A DNA stretch of 64,000 nt from Blastocystis sp. Blastoise (taxonomy: Eukaryota > Protista > Bigyra: Opalinata), in NCBI GenBank assembly GCA_039096225.1, contig JBBPEB010000014.1, positions 1,240,001-1,304,000 on the forward strand, read 5' to 3'. This document shows positions 28,324 through 48,398 of the stretch, piece after piece. A program made the position numbers and the translations under genes. The first letter of the stretch is position 1. The number at the start of each line of letters is the position of its first letter. The notes under the pieces are model-generated. The model ran no database searches. It saw nothing but the letters and a program-made list of their open reading frames with translations, and was not told where the DNA came from.

Positions 28324-29250
28324 TTATGCAATAGGAGTTCTCTTTTGTCTCTATATATAAATAAGATAAGGCTATATATATATATATATATATATATACA
28401 TACATGTGTTTTCTTACGATTATCTCTATTAGCATTGATAATACTATTACATTCAGTACATATATATGCATTTCTATCATTTAAAGCACCACCTAAATAT
28501 ATAGGAGATAAATAAAAGTTATAAATAACATATTTTTAATAATATAATAATATGTTAGTAATAAGAATAGTATAACAGTATATATATACACAGTTTTCAC
28601 ATTCAATTTGTTCCAGAGTATTTCCAAGAAGCGATTGTTTCTGTTGTTCCTGTTGCTCTTGTTCTTCAGCTTGAGAAGAAGTGACAGAAGAAGAAGTAAC
28701 TTTAATAATATTAGAGTCACCGAGAGCAAGATTGTTATTTAAATTACGAGAGAGAAGACCAGCAGATTCAATATCTCTTACACCATATCTATATATATAT
28801 ATATAGAATAAATATGACTAGATATATGTTCATATAAAATATAACTATATATATAATAATATACTTATACCTGTCGGCACCTGTTGTATTATTACGTTTC
28901 TTGCTATATAATATTTAATAATAATAAATTAAATAAAGAATAATAAAAAATATATATAATAATAATAAAAAAACATATAATAATAATAAAAGCATATAAT
29001 AATAAATACAGATAGAATCCAAAACAGACGCAGACGGAGACAATAGCAATAATAGCAGCTAAGACGGTTAAGACATCTTGAATGATAGTATTACGAGGAG
29101 TAAACGACAACTTCTTTGTGATAGCTAATTTCTGTTGATTATTCTGAACATCACAATAAATGGAATATTTTTGATCATTTGTTAACTTTTGAATATATAT
29201 ACGTTGCTTATCACCAGCAATAACCTTCTTTGAACGAACACTTTGTACTT

Positions 29251-29316
<66 letters not shown>

Positions 29317-29532
29317 AGAAATTTCATATTATAATTCAAAATAATAATTATTGTAATAATACTAAATATATGTAATCAATACAAAAACACATATATATAT
29401 AATACATATATATATACTATTATTAGTATCTTTAGTTTGTACATGACATATACTATTCTCATCAACGTTACTACGTAAATGGAAGGATAATGCGCCATTC
29501 TTAGCTACCAAATTCTCAATGGAATAATCAGC

Positions 29533-29564
<32 letters not shown>

Positions 29565-32500
29565 AAATACTATTCATTTTATTATTAAACAACATAATAT
29601 AATAATAATTACATTGAAAAAAAAATAATGTAAAATTATAATAATTAAATTTAAAGAAAAAAAAATTAAAATAATAATAATAATAATATACCAGGAGGAG
29701 TAGTAATAATAGTTTGAGTTCTTTGAATAGGTATATTCATAGGATCTTTCTTTGTACTTTCAGCATAGCAATAAACAGCATATTCTTCACTTGGTTTCAA
29801 TCCCTTTATAGAAATACGAGCAGTACGTTGAACATTATAAGCATTAGATTTAATTAAAGTCTTTTTAATAGGAACAATATCAGAATTCTTACTAATAGCC
29901 TTACAATAAACATTCGAATGCTTATTAACAGAAACATCGATGTCAACTGAAGTTGGATGAATAGCATATATCTTACGAGCAAACTCTAATTTCCCTAAAA
30001 TAGCATCTATTTCAGTACTTACTATACCATAATAATGATTCTTCTTATCCATACCTAAACAATGTACCATCTCTTCATTATTCTTCATAATATATTCAAA
30101 TGTATTATCTACTTTATTAATACTATTACCTTCTTCAGAAACATATTTCTTTAATTCTTCTTCTGTAGGATAAGCATCATTAAACATAGCACCTTTACAA
30201 TATACTTTCATTGGACCTGTAATATCAGTATGAACTTTAATGGTGACTTTATTATTCTCTTTTAAAGCTTCTACAAAGAAAGATTGAACATTATCTGGAA
30301 TACCATCACGATCAGCATCATTCTGTCTATTTATATAAGATTCTAAATTAGATAAACGTTCTTGTTCTTCAGGACTTTGATCATCTTCTTCTTCATCATC
30401 TGCTAAATCATTAAAAGTATCTTCATCAGAAGAAGTAGCATCATCATCTTTTTCATTATCATCATCATCATCATCATCATCAACTTTCTTCTTAGGTTTT
30501 TCTTCTTCTTCATCATCATCATCAACTTTCTTCTTAGGTTTTTCTTCATCATTATCATCATCATCATCAACTTTCTTCTTAGGCTTTTCTTCTTCTTCAT
30601 CATCATCATCAACTTTCTTCTTAGGTTTTTCTTCTTCTTCATCATCATCATCAACTTTCTTCTTAGGTTTTTCTTCTTCTTCTTCATCATCATCTTCTTC
30701 AGCCTTCTTCTTAGGTTTTTCTTCTTCATCATCATCATCTTCTTCTTCAACCTTCTTCTTAGGTTTTTCTTCTTCTTCATCTTCTTCTTCTTCAGCCTTC
30801 TTCTTAGGTTTTTCTTCTTCATCATCATCATCTTCTTCTTCTTCAGCCTTCTTCTTAGGTTTTTCTTCTTCTTCATTATCCTTAGTCTCTACCTTCTTCT
30901 TAGGTTTTTCATCATCATCATCTTCTTCTTCTTCATCTTCATTATCTTCTTTGGTAGATTTCTTAACAGTATTAGGTTTTTCTTCATCATCATCTTCATT
31001 AGGAGTAGTAGATTTTTTAATTGAAGTAGTTTCAGTTGAAGTAGTTATATCTGTAGTAGTATCACTAACAGCAGGTTTCTTAGTAGTAAGATCTTTGAAA
31101 ATAATAGTTTTTGATGGCTTTTCAGCTTCTTCTTCTTGGTTATTCACTGTAGTAGTAGTAGTAGAAGTAGTTTTAGGTTTATCATCATCTTCTTCATCAT
31201 CATCTTCATCTTCTTCATCATCAGCTTTCTTTGTTGTAGTAGCAGTAGCAGGAGAAGTAGTAGCAGTAGCAGGAGTAGTAGTAGAAGGAACATCAACTTG
31301 AGTAGAAGATTCAGCTACTGTAGTAGTAGAAGTAGTAGTAGCAGTAGAAGTAGTAGTTTTAGGTTTATCATCATCTTCATCATCCTCATCATCTTCATCT
31401 TCATCATTAGTTTTCTTTGTTGTAGAAGTAGTAGCAGTATTAGTAGCAGTATTAGTAGCAACATTAGTAGAAGCAACGGCAGTAGTGGAAGCAGTAGTAG
31501 AAGCAGTATCACTAGTAGTTAGAGAAGGTTTTTTAGTTTGTTTTTCTTGTTCATCATCATCATCTTCATCATCATCCTCATTATCAGCCTTACTGGTATT
31601 TCTAGTAACGTTTACAGCATTAGTAGAAGATTCTTCAGATGAGACTTGAGTATTCTTAACCTCAGTTGTAGCAGTAGAAGCAGTAGTAGTAGTAGGAACA
31701 GTAGTAGTAGCAGCAGTAGTAACAGGAGTAGACTTCTTAACTTCATCATCATCATCTTCATCATCATCATCATCATCCTTAGTAATAGCCTTCTTAGGGG
31801 TAATAGGTACTTCAGGTTTAGCAAGTTCAGTTTCTTCATCGTCTTTTACAGCTTCTTCTTTATCTTGTTCTTTAATTTCAGCAGCACTATTTTCAAGTTT
31901 AGTTTCTTCAGCAGGTTTAGAACTATAAGGACTTATATGTACAGGACTTGCACTCTTAGGTTTATCTTCATCATCTTCATCATCATCTGTAGTAGTAGTA
32001 GTAGTAGCAGCAGCAGTAACAGGAGTAGTAGTAACAGGAGTAGTAGTTTCAGTATTTTCATCATCAACAGCAGCCTTAGAAGTAGAAACAATAGAATTAC
32101 TCTTAACAACAGTCTCAGGTTGACTAACAATCGATTGTTCAGCAGGTTCAGATGCATTTTCAGCAGGTTCAGATGCATTTTCAACAGGAGCAGCAACATT
32201 TTCAGCAAGTTCAGATGCATTTTCAGCAGGAGTAGATGCATTTTCAGCAGGAGTAGTTATATCTGAAGAGGAAGTAGCCTTACGAGATTTAGACTTTCGT
32301 GACTTATGTTTACGATGTTTTGTCTTCTTTATAGGTGTAGATGTTTCAGAAATAGTTTCACTTGTAGATTCAGGGATAGATTCAGATATAGTTTCAGGGA
32401 CAGTACTAGTTACAGTCTTCGTAACACCTGTAGATGTTTCCTGTTCATTATTAGAAGAATTTTCTTCTGTTATACGAGATCTTTTAATAGGCTCTGAGTT

Positions 32501-32926
32501 TTCGTTGCTTTCAGATACAGTAGTACGTTCTTGTTCTTCAGGTTGTTCAGCAACTTGCTTCTTCTTGAGAAGAGTTGTTGATTGTTCACCTGTTGAGGTT
32601 TCAGATATTTCACCCTGTGCATCTGCAGTCTTAGCATTATTTTGATTTGTTGATAGTAAATCAGAATATCTATTAAACACTGTCATTTTAGGAGAATTAG
32701 AAAAACTACCAGAAGAACCCTTCACTTGAAGTAAGTCTCTCTTTTTAGCGTCGGTTTCGCCAATCTTGTTCTATAAACAATAAGACTAATTAAAAAGAAT
32801 ATGCATACGTCAGGTCGTAAATGACTTTCGCTATTTACAAGTAGAGTAAAGAATAAAAAACCTATAAATAGAGTAGCAAAGCATGTACAACATACAAATT
32901 AACAGATTTGAAATCTTCATATTCAT
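28324..32926 (-). CDS. Large type I membrane/surface protein: signal peptide, Thr-rich and acidic/KPKKK repeat stalk, beta-rich modules, TM helix, cytoplasmic C4 zinc ribbon; 8 introns
   Basis: Signal-like MKISNLLICFLFFTLLVNS; main exon of about 1000 codons; TM VLTVLAAIIAIVSVCVCFGFYL then KKR; tail CENCGALNDRNAYICTECS; TAA at 28324-28326. Confidence 0.75.
30450..30935 (-). repeat. Coding tandem repeat (D/E)n-EEKPKKK(V/A)
   Basis: About 12 copies visible in DNA and in the 1019-aa ORF. Confidence 0.9.
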
Positions 32927-33873
32927 TATTTGTCTTTATATATTATAAAATAGAAATTAAGAATAGGTCTTTTATTTTCACCAAATACATAACGGTTTTT
33001 CCTGGACTAATTATGGGTAAGTCAAACAAAGAACCGCGGGTTGAATCGGTTCTTTATATGGGATTTCTATTTACATGAAAAAGTGCTTATTTGTGACTGA
33101 AAGATGATTGTTTTTCTATTTTTGGAAATGCGTCATCATTTTGTTGGAAATTCTTTTATTTTTATTTTTATTTATTGATTAACAATATTTTTGCTTAATA
33201 ATTAGCATATATATGTGAAATTGTATGGATTTAGTTTATATGCATGTGGAGATACTATGTATGCTATTTAAATGTTATTCTTTAGTAAATGATTCATTTT
33301 CATAGTGTGTTGAATCGTTATATGATTGCAGATATATTTGTAGAATCAATTTAGTACATATTTATATTCCGTAGTGGTATTATCAGATAATACAATACTT
33401 TATAAACTAAAATTGGGAGAGTTTTGGTACTTGAGGATTTGTTAAGTTGTGTCAGATATTTAAAAATCATAGAGAACAAATCAAATACCAATTCATAATT
33501 GAAATAGGAAATGGTTTTGGTGATAGAGTGAATAAAATGATGAAAAAACATAAGAAAAAGAAAAAACTTAAAAAATATAGAGTACTCATTAAGGTATTAA
33601 GAAAATGAGAACAGTTAAAACATATATCACTTCATAAAATATATAGATATATATATAAAATAACAAACAAATATATATATATATAAGAGTAAATAGAAAA
33701 AAGTTAATATAGAAAACTTAATAAATAATATATAATAAATAAAGAGAATAAAACTAAATATTTTTTCACAATAAATATATATATATATTAAGTTTTCATA
33801 TAACAAAAATAAAAACAAACGATTTAAAAAAGAAAATAGAAAAAGTATATTAAAATAAAACATAAATTTTGGT

Positions 33874-36237
33874 TTAATTATGTTGTTTTTTATATTCTTC
33901 AACGAATTGTTCAACACGTCCAGTAGCACCTAATATAAGACCCTTGAATAAAGGATTAGGTTTAAATGGTCTAGAAGTGAATTCAGGATGGAATTGAGAA
34001 GCAACAAAATAAGGATGTTCAGCACCTATATAAAAAAAATAATATTAAAAAGTTGTTAAATTATATATATAAATATTATAAAAATATAATAAAATATATA
34101 ATTATAATTTTAAAAAATATATATATAATATATATAATATACGATCTAATTCAAGAATTTCCATTCTTTCTCCTTCAACGGAAGTAGCAACGAAATGAAG
34201 TCCCTTTTCTTCTAAGACAGAAACAACTTCAGGATTTACTTCAAAACGATGTCTATGACGTTCAATAATAGCTATATATACATAATAATAGATATTTAAA
34301 TAAATAAATATTAAAAAAATATTATTAAATAAAAAAAAATACATAAATATAAAAATACTTAAATATAAAAATACATAAATAAATAGATAAAAATATATAT
34401 ATACTCTTAGCACCACCATAAAGCATTCTAGAAGTAGGTAAATAGTTATCATAATCTTTGAATACAGAGATACGTTCACCAAGTCTCATGGTACCTCCCT
34501 TTTCATCAACATCATGTTCAGGCATAGAAACAATAACACTTTGAGCATTATCACGAACAAATTCATCACTATTAGCTTCACTCCAACCAAGAACATCTCT
34601 AGCATAAGAAATAACAGAGACTTGTAAACCAAGACAAATACCTAAGAAAGGTTTTTGATTTAATCTACAATAAGTAGAAGCAGCAATCATGCCTTCAATA
34701 CCACGATCACCAAAACCACCAGGAATAATTAAACCTATAAAAAATATATATTATTATTATATTACATATTATTATATTTATTATTATTACATACCATCAC
34801 ATTGATAAATCTTATCCCAATTTTCTTGATACAAATCAGGATTCTTAGCCTTGACAGATTCTTCAAGATTTGTAGCTTCTACCCAAATAATCTTGGGATA
34901 AACATTTTCACTGTAAGCAGCATGATAAACAGATTTAACAACAGATATATAAGAATCAACGAGATCTGTATATTTTCCAACCATACAAATCTTAACTTCA
35001 GGACCTTTACGAGCAATTTCATCAACACTATCGCTTAATTTCTATAATATGTATAATAATTATATATATAGTTTTATAATATAAATAATTATATAATAAT
35101 AAATAATTATATAATAATAAATAATTATATAATAATAAATATTTATATAATACTATAAATACCTCCCAATGATCAAGATTCGAAACATATTTCTCTTTAA
35201 GACCAAGCATAGACATAATGTTTTCACCAGCTTTTTGGGCTTTTAATAAAATAGGAACTTGATAAATATTCTTAACATCATGAATATTAATAATATGGTC
35301 ATAATCGACATCACAGAATAAAGCTAATTTTTCTTTAGTTTCTCTCTCAATAGGATCAGTAGATCTACAAACAACGAAATCAGGTACTAAACCAATTCCA
35401 CGTAAATCCTTAACAGTATGTTGAGTAGGCTTAGTTTTATGTTCACTATATAATAAATATAAATAATAAATTATAATAAATATAAATAATAAATTATAAT
35501 AAATATAAATAATAAATTATAATATAAATAATAAATTATAATAAATATAAAAAATAAATTATAATAAATATAAATAATAAATATATACCCAACAACACCA
35601 AGTTTAGGAACAAGAGAAACATGAAGTAAACAACAATTTTGTCTACCTACTTTCTTCATTAATTGACGAACAGCTTCTAAAAATACAGCACTTTCAATAT
35701 CACCTACAGTACCCCCTACTTCAACTAAACAAATATCAGCTATATCTCCTTCCTTATCAAGAGGACGATTAGCAACTGAAGTAATCCAATCTTGAATTTC
35801 GTTAGTTACATGAGGAATAACTTGGACAGTTTTACCTAAATAATCACCATGTCGTTCACGTTCAATAACACGCTTATATATCTATATAAAATAATATATA
35901 CATATATATTTAAAAAAAATTCTTTTAATATATATTTTAAAAAATATAAAAAAATACATATTTTACCAGTAGTAATATTATTATCTCTTCCAAGTTTGAC
36001 ATCAAGGAATCTTTCATAATTACCTAAATCTAAATCAGCCTCACCACCATCAGCAAGAACATAAACCTCACCATGTTCATAAGGAGACATAGTACCAGCA
36101 TCACAATTAATGTAAGGATCAATCTTAATTGAAGTAATCTTTAAACCATAAGATTGAAGTAATACACCCAAGCAACTAATAGTAATACCCTTTCCAAGAC
36201 CACTGATAACACCTCCTGTAACAATGACGTACTTCAT
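33874..36237 (-). CDS. CTPS: CTP synthase, 6 introns; intron 1 has non-canonical boundaries
   Basis: [67 protein letters not shown]; TAA at 33874-33876. Confidence 0.97.
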
Positions 36238-36981
36238 TCTTTATAAACTGTTGTTGATTATTAAATAAATATAAGATTATGGAATTAAAAAAACGTTATT
36301 CTTAAAGACTTGAACCTTCTTGTGGTAGTGAAGAGAATCACGATTATCTCTCATTCCTACTCACGAAAACCATATTTCCCATTTTTTATTAAAATCATGA
36401 TTTTTTAAGAGAATTTAGGCGGGATTTGTTCGTATTTTTTTTTTGAAAATGATTTGATTTTTAAGGTAAATTGCTCTATATTAGCCTTTATTCTTTGTTT
36501 CATTCTATTGAATTTATTATATGAGAGTATATAAATACAAAAGAATAGACTTTGAACAATATAGAAAGATTGTTATTTTTTTGCATGTTGCGGAAAATCT
36601 CATAAACTACTTGAATAATAATTATTTTGTAATAAACAATATTTCAATATATATCAGATTGAAAAGACATTGACTAAACTTGATTTTCTAATAAAAACTA
36701 GATCTTTTTATTGAAATCTGCTTCTTGACTTATTGTTAAAAGGTTGGGTTAATGTATAAACTGAATTTGAAATGAAGAAGCAAATTAAGACAATTAATAT
36801 AACCCAATGAAGATAAATTATTCTATTCAGAACAAATAAGCAATTCTGATTCTGACTGAAAATGAACATGTTGGGTCTATTGGGTTTTTTCAGCAATTTT
36901 TAAATTCTCTCAGAAAACTTTATATACTTTTATAATATTGTTGTTGAATTTTCATATTTTCTTAAGCAACCATTTTATAAT

Positions 36982-42656
<5,675 letters not shown>

Positions 42657-43362
42657 TTCAATGAATTTAATTTTTTTATGAGAAATAAATATTTTTTTGT
42701 ATATACTTTTGCTTTTTTTTCTTTTTCTTTAAGTGTTCTTTATGTTTAAAATAATGCATATACATATATGCTATTTTTTATATATTTTATTTTGTTTTAT
42801 AATTTTCATTTTATGAGTGATGAGATTCATTAAATACTTGATTCCTTATATTAGTACAAACTATATAAAGTCAAAAGAATAGAATCAATATATATAGTAA
42901 TATAATTCAGAAATACCAGACAGATCTAAATAGATAAATGAACTATCATAATAAGAATTGTCTGAAAAATAATAAGAAAACGATTGTAAGACAAACAAAT
43001 GAATTTTAAAACAAAACATCAATGAATATATATATTTAATTCTTCAAATAATATTTATATATAAGAATAATACAAATAGTACAAGAAGAAAAGATAAATA
43101 TATCATTATAGCACTGAGTCTTAATAAAACAAAGAGATTTATTATTATAAAGATAGAATATCTTTGATATAGAAGAAACAGTGAAGTGTATAGAAAGCAT
43201 ATAAAAGAGTAGAGAATAAGGCAATCAATAGAATGTATATTAACTACCCAAAATAAAATAAAAAGAAATCAAGAAATTAATTAAGAAATATAGTTTATAA
43301 AGAAAGAAACCAAATAAAAAATAAAAATGTATTTCTATTGATTGTTTCATAAATAAATATAT

Positions 43363-43681
43363 TTAATTATTTTTCTTCTTTTCTTCTTCATCTTGATCTT
43401 CTTCCGGTTCTTCTAAATCACTTGAGTCACTGGCACCTTCGTATCCTTCTTTAGCAACGGAATGAAGATTATTACTAAAAGGAAAGGAAATAAGAAGAAG
43501 AAGATGAAGTGATTATATATATATATATAATATATTATATTATTATATATTATATTATTATATATTATATTATTATATATTATATTATATATACCCGACT
43601 ATGCCTCTATAACCTAAGCGAATTAATAATACAAACCAATAACTATAGAATTTAAATATAATCATAATAATAGATATATAT

Positions 43682-43717
<36 letters not shown>

Positions 43718-43767
43718 GAAGACTAATAAGGACACAGAAGAAGAAGACACATAACATAAGACTATAT

Positions 43768-43799
<32 letters not shown>

Positions 43800-44963
43800 A
43801 TATATACATAGGGTCAGTAGTAAAGTAGATAGATATCGATTGTAAAGAGAAAGGAGGGAGATTGAAATAATCACGAATATCACGTATAAGATGAACAACA
43901 ATTAATGGTAACTTATAGAGTCTGGCATAGGCCCAAAGTGCAGCTGTGGTAATATATTCAACTTCTAATATAAAATAGCAACGAGCTCCTTCAATATGCA
44001 TTATATTCATCATCTTAAGAATATCAATGAAAATATCAGTAATATCATGAATCTATAGATAAAATGATATATTTATAGAATAAATAATAGATAAATAATA
44101 TATTATTTATATACACAAAGAACAGAAAGACCATATTCCCAAGAACGCATATATGCAAAATCTATATAAATAATAATTAATATAAATAATATAAATAATA
44201 TAAATAATAATTAATATAAATAATATAAATAATATAAATAATATAAATAATATAAATAATATAAATAATAATAATATACAAATTAAAGACATGGTAGTAA
44301 TATGATGAATATAAAGAGCATAGAAATCCTTCTTTCGTTTATCAATAAAGATTAAATAAATAGCTTGAACAATCCATAAAGTAATTTCAAAAGCAAATAA
44401 AAGACGAATTTCCATGGGAACAGCAACGGATTCACCTGGAGCATGATACATTGTAGGGAAATCTCTAAACCAATTATATTGAATAGCATATTTGAACTCA
44501 AAATAAGTAGAAATCACATGAATAACAAGTTGATAAGCCTAGAAATAGAGATAGAATATATGGTTGAAAATATTAATTATAAATAAGATTCTATATATAA
44601 AATTATTGTCATCTATGAATATCATACTTGACTTAAATATTTTTGTTTACTATAAGCCTTGGAGAGAGGATCACCTAAGATTTTTTATTAAAAAATATAT
44701 TATTTTATATCAATAAAACATGATAAAACCATACAGAAAGGTTCTTGGGAAAAGAATTTAGTAGACATCCAACAGCTGAGAACGCCTAAAACATAATCGG
44801 AAACAAATTGTAAGCTGAAAGAAAAAACTAAGAATCCAATGAACGTAAAGCATATATCCTTCTGAGATAAGAAGAAATAAATTAAGTATCCCATAAGAGG
44901 GAATATCAAGCAAGGTAGGACAACATCCAAAACTTTATTTTGTTTATAAATTGGCTTAACCAT
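43363..44963 (-). CDS. TLC-domain ceramide synthase (LAG1/LAC1-like), 7 introns
   Basis: Lag1 motif RKKDFYALYIHHITT...IHDITDIF, WAYARLYKLP, LHIYWF; acidic tail ending KKNN (KKxx ER retrieval). Confidence 0.88.
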
Positions 44964-45601
44964 TCTAACAAAAAACAAGAGAATTAATAATTATAAATTG
45001 AAAATGACTCTCAATTCTTGTTTATAAGTAACACAACAGCATAAATATTCCGTTTTATTGGCTTCTAAGAATCATCTTCCAATAGAAAGAAAAGAATTCT
45101 ATGAATGAAGAATTCTTTTAGTATTCTAATACTAATATAAAAAATTATGGGAATACTTGTTCTTTATTCGATCTTTTTCAATTCAATGCAACTTTCAGAA
45201 AAAGGAGAGTATCTAACAACGATCAACTTTCAAATAACTAAATTATGAATTCAGGAAAACGAATGAAAACAATATGAGTTGTTCTTTTGATATGAAACAA
45301 TAAATTTGTGGTGAACAAGACTAAGATACTGAATTTTCTACATCATCAAATGAGTGTTTTATTAAATAAATGAATTGCTTATAAAAGAAAAAACTTTTCA
45401 TCAAAAAATGTATGTAAGAATGAGAAATGACATAAAAAAATGAAGGTGTATTCAACTTCAGACGTCTTTGAGAATTCTTATTTTCATAGGTTGAACAAGA
45501 AATCTGTCATGTTGTTCTTCCAATAGATCGACCGGAACACAACATGAATAAAAAAGAACATAATAAATCATCGAAATTATTCTTTTTTCTTTTTGACAAG
45601 T

Positions 45602-47711
45602 ATGGAACAAGTCAAAGATACATTGACTGGAATTTATGATCAGATCCAACCTTATTTAGCAAAGACTGTGTTCATTCACTCTTCAAATGTTGATGAATAT
45701 GTTCATTATCTTTCTTCCATGAGTGGTTTACGTGATGATGCAGCTCGTATTGTCATTACAACCGTATTAAGTTATCCTCTTTGTTATATTCATGCTGCTA
45801 TCAAGAGTCCTAAGATTAAAAAATTGATGTCTATAATCTTTGGTGTTATTATTCTTCAATTCTGTTTTGGTGAAGCGTATGTTGTTTTTTCTATATATAT
45901 AATTTTTTAATAAGACATCTTCTTCAATACTAAGTTGATTCATTTTTACTTGGATTCATTCCGTTGTTCAGTCTGTTGTAGTTTATTTATTGATGTTATT
46001 TGCACCTCATAAATATGAACCTTATATTATATTTATATTTACCATGCTTTACATGTCTATATGGTATGTGAATTATTTTATTATTTTTTTTTATTAATAT
46101 TAAATAAATATTTATTTCATATAACTGATTATTTTATATATTATATTAATTGAATACTATATATATATAGTATGATATATTCCCTTGTTACTGATTACAT
46201 GGGTTGGAGTTGTGATTCAACTGTGTATCAAATGATTCTTGTTATACGTTTAAGTTCTCTTGGATTCGATTATTTTGATGGAGTCTATGATAGAGTATGT
46301 TGTACTATATATTGTTATTTGCTTATTATTATTTTTATTATTATATTTATTATTATATTTATATTTATTATTATATATATTCCATTTTTATTATATATGA
46401 TATAAATATACTGTTTACTCCTTATACTTCATGACACTATTGAATACACTATTTATTCTTCATTATATTTCTAGAAGAATCAAGAGAATATAATAAAGAA
46501 TAGTAAGAATGCCAAGTTGGTTCGTACTTGTGAACTTCGTCGTGCCACTCGTATTAATGCTCTTCCTTCTCTTCTTGATTATTTCGCTTATTGTTATCAT
46601 TTTGCGGGTCTTCTTGGAGGACCTACTATATTCTATAGAGAATATTTAGATGTTGTCAATAATAAAACATTCCCTAATGGAAAAATACCTAAACGTTTTG
46701 GAAGTGTATTATTAAATATTGTTAACTGTGCTATTTTATTTGCTTTATGGATTTATTTAGGAAGCATGTTCTCTCCTCAATATTTAATTACTGAAGAATA
46801 TGGTCTTCTTCCTTTCTGGAAACAATATATTATTTTATCTATTGCCTGTATCAGTCAAAGTCTCAAATATATGGCTACTTGGAAACTTGGAGAAGGTATG
46901 CTTTTTTTATTTTTTTATTTTTTTTTTATTTTATTTTTTTATTTTATTTTATTTTATTTTTTTATTTTTATTTTTATTTTTTTATTTTTATTTTTATTTT
47001 TATTTTTTTATTTTTATTTTTATTTTTATTTTTTTATTTTATTTTTCATTTTATTTTTCATTTTATTTTTCATTTTATTTTTCATTTTGTCTATTTATTA
47101 TTATTTTTATAAATCTATATATATATATTAAAACATTTTTTTTTAATACATTTATCATGACTATATCTATAGGAGTTTGTGTTGCTAATGGTTTCGGTAG
47201 TGTCAAGACAGAGAAGGGTATTCAATGGACAGGAGTTAGTAATGTGAATGTATTTAAATTCTTATTATCTCAGGACATGGGTGAAGCTACAAAGAATTGG
47301 AATTTACGTACTCAAAAATGGTTAAGTAGATATGTATATTTCCGTACTGGTTATTCATTATTATGTGTTTATATTGTTTCTGCTTTCTGGCATGGTTTCT
47401 ATCCTGGTTACTATATATCCTTCTTATTCTGTGGTGTCTGCCAATATGCTTCTCGTTTTACTAAAACTCGTCTCTATAATAGAATCAAAGATAATTATTA
47501 CTTAGAAAAGATCTATTGTAGACTTGCTAATATAATGACTATGTTCTATGGTTGCTATTGTGTCAATGCTCATTTCTTATTATCTCTTGAAAACGCTAAG
47601 AAGTATTATGGTAATTTACATTATATTCCTCATATTGCTCTTCTTATTGCTCTTTGTATTCTTATGATTATTCCTCCTAAGAAAGATACTACAAAAGAAA
47701 AGATGAACTAA
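45602..47711 (+). CDS. MBOAT lysophospholipid acyltransferase (MBOAT1/2/ALE1-like), 4 introns; intron 1 is GT-AC
   Basis: PSLLDYFAY, GGP, WNLRTQKWLSRYVYFR, SAFWHGFYPGYY; C-terminal KEKMN. Confidence 0.93.
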
Positions 47712-48398
47712 AAACAATATAATTCTCAATAGTGTTATATAACATTTTTTTTTTCATTTCAAAACTATTTTTGGTTCAAATTATTTATAAAGATATATAT
47801 ATTATGATAGATTTTCTTTAAATATTTTTTAATATAGTTTGAATCTAAAAATTTATAAAATACTCTTCGTTGTGTTTGTTATAAAAAAAAAATATTTATT
47901 ATATTTAAATTGCCATTATATATTGTTTCAAACAACTATATATACAATATATACTCCTTTATATATAAATAAGGTCTTTTAATTTCTCATGACGGATAAA
48001 CAAACTAAAAAAATTTATAAAAAAAGAGAACTATTAGAAATGATATCAGTATCAATAGGAAAAACAACATATTAAAAACTCTTTATATACTTATAGAGTG
48101 CATAAATAGTAAACAAAATATATATTAAAAATGTGGTAAAACAACTAATTGTTTAGTAGACTATGAAAAGAATGATAATTGTATAACAAATATAAGCAAA
48201 CGATTTCAAAATGAAAAAGTAACAGAAAATACAAATAATTTTTCAAATAAAAAAAATAAGTTATATAAATAATACTATGAAGATACAAAGTTAATTAATA
48301 TCAAATATATAATTCATTATTACTGTATATAATTTATGATAGAAAGCTAATAAATAAATATATATGAAACAAATTAATACAGAATTAAGGAAAAAGTA

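Noticed and set aside
30403-32497. Overlapping and antisense ORFs within the surface protein gene (also 41132-41585, 48440-49820, 62634-63504)
   Set aside because: Shadow frames produced by repetitive or biased codon usage.
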